Below, one piece after another: positions 57,480-64,000 of a DNA stretch of 64,000 bases. The stretch is taken from assembly GCA_037447605.1 (NCBI GenBank), contig CM074813.1:744001-808000 (forward strand), read 5' to 3'. The translations under genes and the position numbers were made by a program. The notes under the pieces were generated by a model. The model worked only from the letters and a program-made list of their open reading frames with translations. It ran no database searches and was not told the origin of the DNA. How positions within the stretch are numbered: the first letter of the stretch is position 1; each line of letters begins with the position of its first letter. The stretch is from Zygnema circumcarinatum SAG 698-1b. Lineage: Eukaryota; Plantae; Zygnematophyceae.

Positions 57480-58640
57480 TAAAGGGCCCCTAACCTTGGC
57501 CGAGGAAGTCGCCCCCCAACAGCCCGTAGATCAAACGTCCGCAAGCATTCCGTACGCCTTATCCCACGCGACCTCAGGCGCCATATACATAGGAGTCCCG
57601 CAAACGTTGCCATAAACCTCACTCCCTTGCTCGAGTCCGAGCGATAACCCGAAGTCGGCAATTTTAATGTACTCTAACTTTTCCCCTAAGTCCTTCACTA
57701 AAATGTTCTAGAGCTTCAAATCTTTATGCAAGAGATTCCTCGAGTGCATTACTACCATGCCTTTGCAAACCTGTTAGAATACTTCGGCTGCTTTCTATTC
57801 AGGAAAGCATCCTCCCTACTCGTTGAGTTGGTCGAGGAGGGACCCCCCCTTCACACAATTCCATCACGAAATATACATTGGAACCGTCTTGGAACACTTG
57901 CCTCAGTTCGACAAAGTGTTGATTGTCTTGTAGGCGCCACATGGTGAATGCCTCTACCTCCAATGCCTCCACGTCAGCAGTCGCCTTTACCATACATTTG
58001 CATACAACAACTTTCGATATCGCGTGATCGCGACACACCCAGACTGCCCCGAAGCCTCCCTCGCCCAACTTGTGGAGGAAGTCGAATCGCTGGAAGGGGT
58101 CGAACAGCTCGAACTGTGGAAAGAAAGGGGAGGAAGGCTCCTCTCGGCCTTCTCCAAAAACGTCGGAGTAAAGGGACCCCAAACAGACTCGCGCCTCCGC
58201 TGAAGGGATCTTCGCATCCCTCAAAGATGGATCTTTGGCCTCCCCAATGTCAAAGATGTTGGACTAGAGCTTGTCGAGGCATGCCCGCGCATCACACAAA
58301 TGAACCTCTTCCTCCTCCGCACTCCCACTCGTCTCACTCTCAGCTTGCCTCTCACTATGTCCAAATCCCTCCTTGTCTCCCAAACCCATCTCCTCTCCCA
58401 ATCCCAGTCCCTCTCCTTGTCCCGCTTCCTCTCCTCCATCCTCTACCTCTACCTCATCCTCTCCCTCATCCTCTACCTCTTCGTCTTCCGATCTCTCTTC
58501 CCCTCCCTCTTTCTCTCCCTCCTCCTCTACCTTGGCCTCATCCTCTCTCTCGCCATATAACACTTTCTCTGCCTCTCCCTCTCCCTCCCTCGTGACCTTG
58601 GTTGATGTTTCTCAATTGTCTCCTTTCTTTTCAAAGACTT
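57480..58640 (-). pseudogene. Intronless Ser/Thr kinase pseudogene (CDPK/CAMK-like domain, acidic N-terminal region), copy 1
   Basis: LGEGGFGAVWVC, VMELCEGG, then loss of frame. HKDLKL*NIL, KIADFGLS, CGTPMYMAPEV, ADV*STG contain in-frame stops. Confidence 0.88.
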
Positions 58641-59068
58641 AGTAGAGTGAACTGTCGTATGGCATGTTCACCGTCGAACCCTTGCTTAGTGCAAGGTTTG
58701 AACCTAAGACTTTTTGGTACCGAGGTGAGGATACTAAGATAGAGTATGTCCCAAGTACGCTTCTTTTAGGTGACTGTAATATTTTGCTACAGTTTGTGAG
58801 AGGGGCAGAGGGATGAGAAGCAAATTCACCTTCCACCCTTTCTCCCTCTTCACTGTCCATGGAAACTTCCCTCCTGGTGCCCGCAGCACTCTCACTCATT
58901 TTTCACTCACGTGCATACACAACACACGAGAGGCGGAATAGAAAAACGTAGGAGAAAGCTCCCAGCCTAAAACTCCTTTATGATGACAAGCTTTCCAACT
59001 CAAGCCCCCATAAGCCTAGTCAAGCTTTCACCACATGATCACTTCACCTTCACGTGAGNNNNNNNNNN

Positions 59069-60204
59069 GAAGTCGCCCCCCAACAGCCCGTAGATCAAAC
59101 GTCCGCAAGCATTCCGTACGCCTTATCCCACGCGACCTCAGGCGCCATATACATAGGAGTCCCGCAAACGTTGCCATAAACCTCACTCCCTTGCTCGAGT
59201 CCGAGCGATAACCCGAAGTCGGCAATTTTAATGTACTCTAACTTTTCCCCTAAGTCCTTCACTAAAATGTTCTAGAGCTTCAAATCTTTATGCAAGAGAT
59301 TCCTCGAGTGCATTACTACCATGCCTTTGCAAACCTGTTAGAATACTTCGGCTGCTTTCTATTCAGGAAAGCATCCTCCCTACTCGTTGAGTTGGTCGAG
59401 GAGGGACCCCCCCTTCACACAATTCCATCACGAAATATACATTGGAACCGTCTTGGAACACTTGCCTCAGTTCGACAAAGTGTTGATTGTCTTGTAGGCG
59501 CCACATGGTGAATGCCTCTACCTCCAATGCCTCCACGTCAGCAGTCGCCTTTACCATACATTTGCATACAACAACTTTCGATATCGCGTGATCGCGACAC
59601 ACCCAGACTGCCCCGAAGCCTCCCTCGCCCAACTTGTGGAGGAAGTCGAATCGCTGGAAGGGGTCGAACAGCTCGAACTGTGGAAAGAAAGGGGAGGAAG
59701 GCTCCTCTCGGCCTTCTCCAAAAACGTCGGAGTAAAGGGACCCCAAACAGACTCGCGCCTCCGCTGAAGGGATCTTCGCATCCCTCAAAGATGGATCTTT
59801 GGCCTCCCCAATGTCAAAGATGTTGGACTAGAGCTTGTCGAGGCATGCCCGCGCATCACACAAATGAACCTCTTCCTCCTCCGCACTCCCACTCGTCTCA
59901 CTCTCAGCTTGCCTCTCACTATGTCCAAATCCCTCCTTGTCTCCCAAACCCATCTCCTCTCCCAATCCCAGTCCCTCTCCTTGTCCCGCTTCCTCTCCTC
60001 CATCCTCTACCTCTACCTCATCCTCTCCCTCATCCTCTACCTCTTCGTCTTCCGATCTCTCTTCCCCTCCCTCTTTCTCTCCCTCCTCCTCTACCTTGGC
60101 CTCATCCTCTCTCTCGCCATATAACACTTTCTCTGCCTCTCCCTCTCCCTCCCTCGTGACCTTGGTTGATGTTTCTCAATTGTCTCCTTTCTTTTCAAAG
60201 ACTT
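59069..60204 (-). pseudogene. Kinase pseudogene copy 2, part of a near-identical duplication 57505-59058 / 59069-~60620 split by an N-gap
   Basis: ORF track entries are identical with a 1564-bp offset; gap at 59059-59068. Confidence 0.8.
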
Positions 60205-60359
60205 AGTAGAGTGAACTGTCGTATGGCATGTTCACCGTCGAACCCTTGCTTAGTGCAAGGTTTGAACCTAAGACTTTTTGGTACCGAGGTGAGGATACTA
60301 AGATAGAGTATGTCCCAAGTACGCTTCTTTTAGGTGACTGTAATATTTTGCTACAGTTT

Positions 60360-61237
60360 GTGAGAGGGGCAGAGGGATGAGAAGCAAATTCACCTTCCAC
60401 CCTTTCTCCCTCTTCACTGTCCATGGAAACTTCCCTCCTGGTGCCCGCAGCACTCTCACTCATTTTTCACTCACGTGCATACACAACACACGAGAGGCGG
60501 AATAGAAAAACGTAGGAGAAAGCTCCCAGCCTAAAACTCCTTTATGATGACAAGCTTTCCAACTCAAGCCCCCATAAGCCTAGTCAAGCTTTCACCACAT
60601 GATCACTTCACCTTCCGCGTGAAGCTGACTCTCCACACCACGGAGACTCCTCACAAAGGTCCACCTCCTCTGCCAAAGCCATGCCTTCAAACTGCCATAG
60701 CCTTGCAATGCATATCAAGAAGGTTTCTAACTTACACACCCACTCTCACTATATAGTATGGGGCTGTGACGTGACCATGTCACGTCACACACGCCGGGAC
60801 CATGCATGCAACAACCTTATTCAAACAACCTAAATAATCTACTTAGTGTCTTGCTATGCTTAGTACACCCAGCCTGGCAACGTACCAACACCACCGCTCT
60901 AACCCAGATGGCCATGTACTCTACCGCCGAGCTGAACTTCCCGCCGTCACCCACAAGGACTATCTTCCGTATGCAAAGTACGCTCCGCCGCCTCCACCGA
61001 CTCCGCCGTCTTCCGCCGCCGCATCATTCCTCGATTCCATACTCAAGGACCGATTCCTCGGCGCGGTACCAAATGTCGGACTCCCGGCCGTACTGTCCGT
61101 ACTGTCCGTACGGTCCGTACGGTCCATACTATCCGTACGGTTGCGCGGTCGGTCTCGCCGCCGCGCGCACGCTGAAGTAAGTCCGTCCCCATACATGTCA
61201 CACCTAGAAGCACACCCCTAGGAACTAAGCGCCAACA
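60360..61237 (-). mobile_element. Diverged (solo or partial) LTR related to the copia LTR at 61828, inverted orientation
   Basis: Minus strand starts TGTTGG and shares ordered blocks with the + LTR: ctagg.gt.gtgcttctag; gtacggac repeats; gtgacgtgacat..gtcacgtcac..ccata.tatatagtg; ataaaggagttttag..gagctttctcctac. The 3' boundary is uncertain. Confidence 0.65.
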
Positions 61238-61827
61238 CAAACATGCTAATCTGAACTAACTATGTACACTAACACAGTTTGCATATTGTTATGTATTGAG
61301 TCTGCAACTCCAATATACCTAATGTCCATTATGGCAATAAAGTGGAAGAAATAAAGGAGTGGTTTAAGACACGTACGTGGTTTAAGAGAAGCATGCATAG
61401 CAAGGATTGGCAATACCATGAAATTTTTGCCAAGGTCAATTTCAACATAAAAAACTATTTTTGTACTTGGCAAGGGAATTTGTAGGGTAAATCTCTCAAT
61501 TATCTACAGACATTCATTTTTCAATTTGTCGTTCTGGCAATATTAAGTTTTACAGCTCATTGAAAAAAAATTGTTTACAAAGGTCTAACCTTGCATTTTA
61601 TTGAGAGTCTTGCATTCGCCTCGCGCCAAGTGTAAATCAACCGCGACCAACAGGTGAAATACATACTTCTTTTTATTCATTTTTTTCATTTACTTTCTTT
61701 ACAAGTTTATAAGACAAAATAAATTTGTTTGTTCATGCCGACCTTTTGCTTGCTCAAAAACTTGTTAGTGTTAGTGTATGATAGTTAGACATTACATTGG
61801 ACACACTAACTTGTTGTGGTACTCAGT

Positions 61828-64000
61828 TGTTGAACATGAGATCTGCTAGGCGTAGTGCTTCTAGATTTAGTGATGTCGGTGTTCTGACTTAGGCGAGTGC
61901 GCCGCGAGTGCGCGGAGTTCGAACGAGCGGCGATGATTGGTCGCGGCGCTGACGCGAGTGCGCGACGTACGGACGCGCTACTTTGATTGGTCGAGGCGCG
62001 GACGCGGATTCGCAGAGTCAGGACGCGCGCGACTCTGATTGGTCGCGGCGCGGGCGCAAAACGCGGAGCGGAAAGTTGCGGCGCGAAAACGACATGGGAG
62101 ATACTTGGCGGCGAATCGGAATGCGCCACGTGGACCACTCGTGATGTGGGTCCGCTGGTTCGTATGTACGGCCGAAGTGTCGGCGGGCGAAGATCGCTAA
62201 GGAAGGCTGGCGAAACGGCGGAACTGTACGGACGACTGTACGGACAGACAAGAACTAGGTCGGTGTCGTTGTAGGTTTACGAGGCCACTCTCTGGTCGCT
62301 ATTCCTGAGTGCGCCCACTGAAACTCGGTGCATGGGTTTGCAATGGCGGACGTGACGTGACATGTGTGTCACGTCACGGGCGCCATATTATATAGTGCAT
62401 AGTTTTACTATGGGAAAATAACCATACTAGTTCTGTCTCTTATTCTGTGCCTGCTCGTGCTGTCAGGCTGCCTTCACTTGTGTCGTGAGGTAGTGAGTAA
62501 GAGGGACTTACCTTGTAGTGGTGGGAGAACTTCATGTGGGAGGACATTTTATTATAAAGGAGTTTTAGAGCCGTGAGCTTTCTCCTACACTTCTCTCGAT
62601 TGATTTCCGTTGTGCTTATCTCTGGTGTTCATTCTGTGAGTTATGGGCGATGAGTGAATTGAGATAGAGCCTTGAGAGTGAAAGAGTGGGAATGTCTACA
62701 TCGGTGGGAACACGAGTTCTTGTGGAGGGTGACACACGAGGTGTTGCCGGGAGCAGCGGGGATCAGTCCCCCACTCCAACAAGTGGTATCAGAGCCCATG
62801 GTGGCGAGGAGGACCACGTGAAGTTCAGCATCCCAGCGTTCGACGGCCAGGACTACAAGGGGTGGAGATGGCGGCTGGTCCCCTTGCTCGTGGGCAAGGG
62901 GTTACTCGGCTACGTTGACGGCACCATCAAGGCACCGGTGCTGCCGGAGGGAGCCACGGCGGAGCAGCAGTCGGAGTTCGACACGGCGCTCGTACAAGGC
63001 CCTTACCCAGATCGTCATGAGTGTGAGGGGAAGTCCCTCGTCTATGCTGTATGATCTCAGGACCTCACATGCTATGTGGAGGTGCTTAGAAGAGATGTAT
63101 GATGTAAAGGATAACGTGACGATTGTCACCCTTTACACGCAGCTAGGAAAGATGAAGATGTCCTCATATGAGAAACTAGGGGAATATATGGTCAGATTTG
63201 ACACTCTAATGGAGAGGTTCATAGCCTTGCAGAAACCGTTAGAGGGGGACCATAAGATCAGCCAGTTTCTAGGGGGACTGCCTGGTCGGTTTGATGTGGC
63301 AGTTGCGGCTCTTAGGACAGTACGAACGAACTCCATGATGACCCTTGAGCAAGTGAAGCGAAGGATCAAGGAGGAGGATACAGTCCAAGACGTTGGCGGC
63401 ACCGAAGAGAGGGTGCTGGCGCTGCACTCGCGTCAAGACCGAAGAGGAGGCGCGTTGAAGACAGACCGAGGTGAACGCCCCTCGGGAGCGTGCTACACGT
63501 GTGGCAAGACTGGCCACTACTCGGCGGACTGCTTCAAGAACAAGAGCACCCCAGATCGGGGAGGAGGAGCTTCGTCATCCGGCAAGAAGGGGTTCAAGGG
63601 AATCTGCTTCAAGTGCAAGAAGAGAGGCCACAAGACTGCAGATTGCAGAGTGGCAGTGGAGACGAATCTCATGCTCACTGAAAATTCTGACTTTGTTGGG
63701 AAGATCCAGGTTCAGGATCTGAAGCGGCCATGGCTGATTGACTCTGGCGCTTCCACACACATGTGTGGCGACAAGCAGATGTTCTCCACGTTGGTTACGT
63801 TGGAGAGGACCCGATCTGTTCACTCGGCAACCGGAGAGGGAGTGACAGTCACGAAGGGAGGAGTAGTCAAGATGCGACTCGGAGACGGCTCAATCATCTA
63901 CGAAGAAAGAAGAGAAGAGCGTCTGTGCATCGGTGATGTTCTTCACACCCCTGAGCTGAAACAGAACTTCATGTCTGTTAGCCAAGTGTGTAAGAAGGGG
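61828..64000 (+). mobile_element. Ty1/copia LTR retrotransposon, 5' part: LTR 61828-62781, PBS, degenerate gag-protease
   Basis: LTR TGTTG...CAACA; PBS TGGTATCAGAGC (tRNA-iMet) at 62784. Gag IPAFDGQDYKGWRWRL..GLLGYVDGT; zinc knuckles CYTCGKTGHYSADC and CFKCKKRGHKTADC; protease WLIDSGASTHMCG. The frame is interrupted. Confidence 0.95.

Noticed and set aside
57480-57730. TAG/TGA in the kinase as readthrough, RNA editing or an alternative genetic code
   Set aside because: The frame is also disrupted elsewhere, and neighbouring genes use TAG/TGA as normal stops. Pseudogenisation is simpler.
57505-60620. Tandem kinase duplication as real gene amplification
   Set aside because: Near-identical including the disabling mutations and split by an N-gap, so likely an assembly artefact.

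Overview
Intron-rich eukaryotic nuclear DNA from a draft assembly with eight 10-N gaps. Gene content (HDA9, FLX-like, nuclear CcmA/ABCI1, plant TM-RING-H2) and telo-box/G-box promoters point to a streptophyte, possibly an alga (inference). I assembled gene models by hand from GT-AG boundaries and reading-frame phase. They are: a CBS-less DUF21/CNNM membrane protein (+), TRAPPC5/Trs31 (+), dCMP deaminase (-), an FLX-like coiled-coil gene followed by ATG-less in-phase WW / poly-Q / CELF-type RRM exons (-), HDA9-type histone deacetylase (+, catalytic exons missing at a gap), a TM RING-H2 E3 ligase (+), a divergent nucleotide-sugar/TPT-family transporter (-), CcmA/ABCI1 (-), and a secreted two-Cys-domain protein with an Arg/Pro extensin-like tail (-). 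The window ends with an intronless kinase pseudogene beside an LTR-related segment and the 5' part of a Ty1/copia element. Best candidate for a new system: the FLX-like locus appears able to make a short FLX/FLL protein or a long FLX-WW-polyQ-RRM fusion. This would join in one gene the module types that cooperate in trans as FLL2 and FCA in Arabidopsis. Most ORFs in the supplied track are simple-repeat artefacts.
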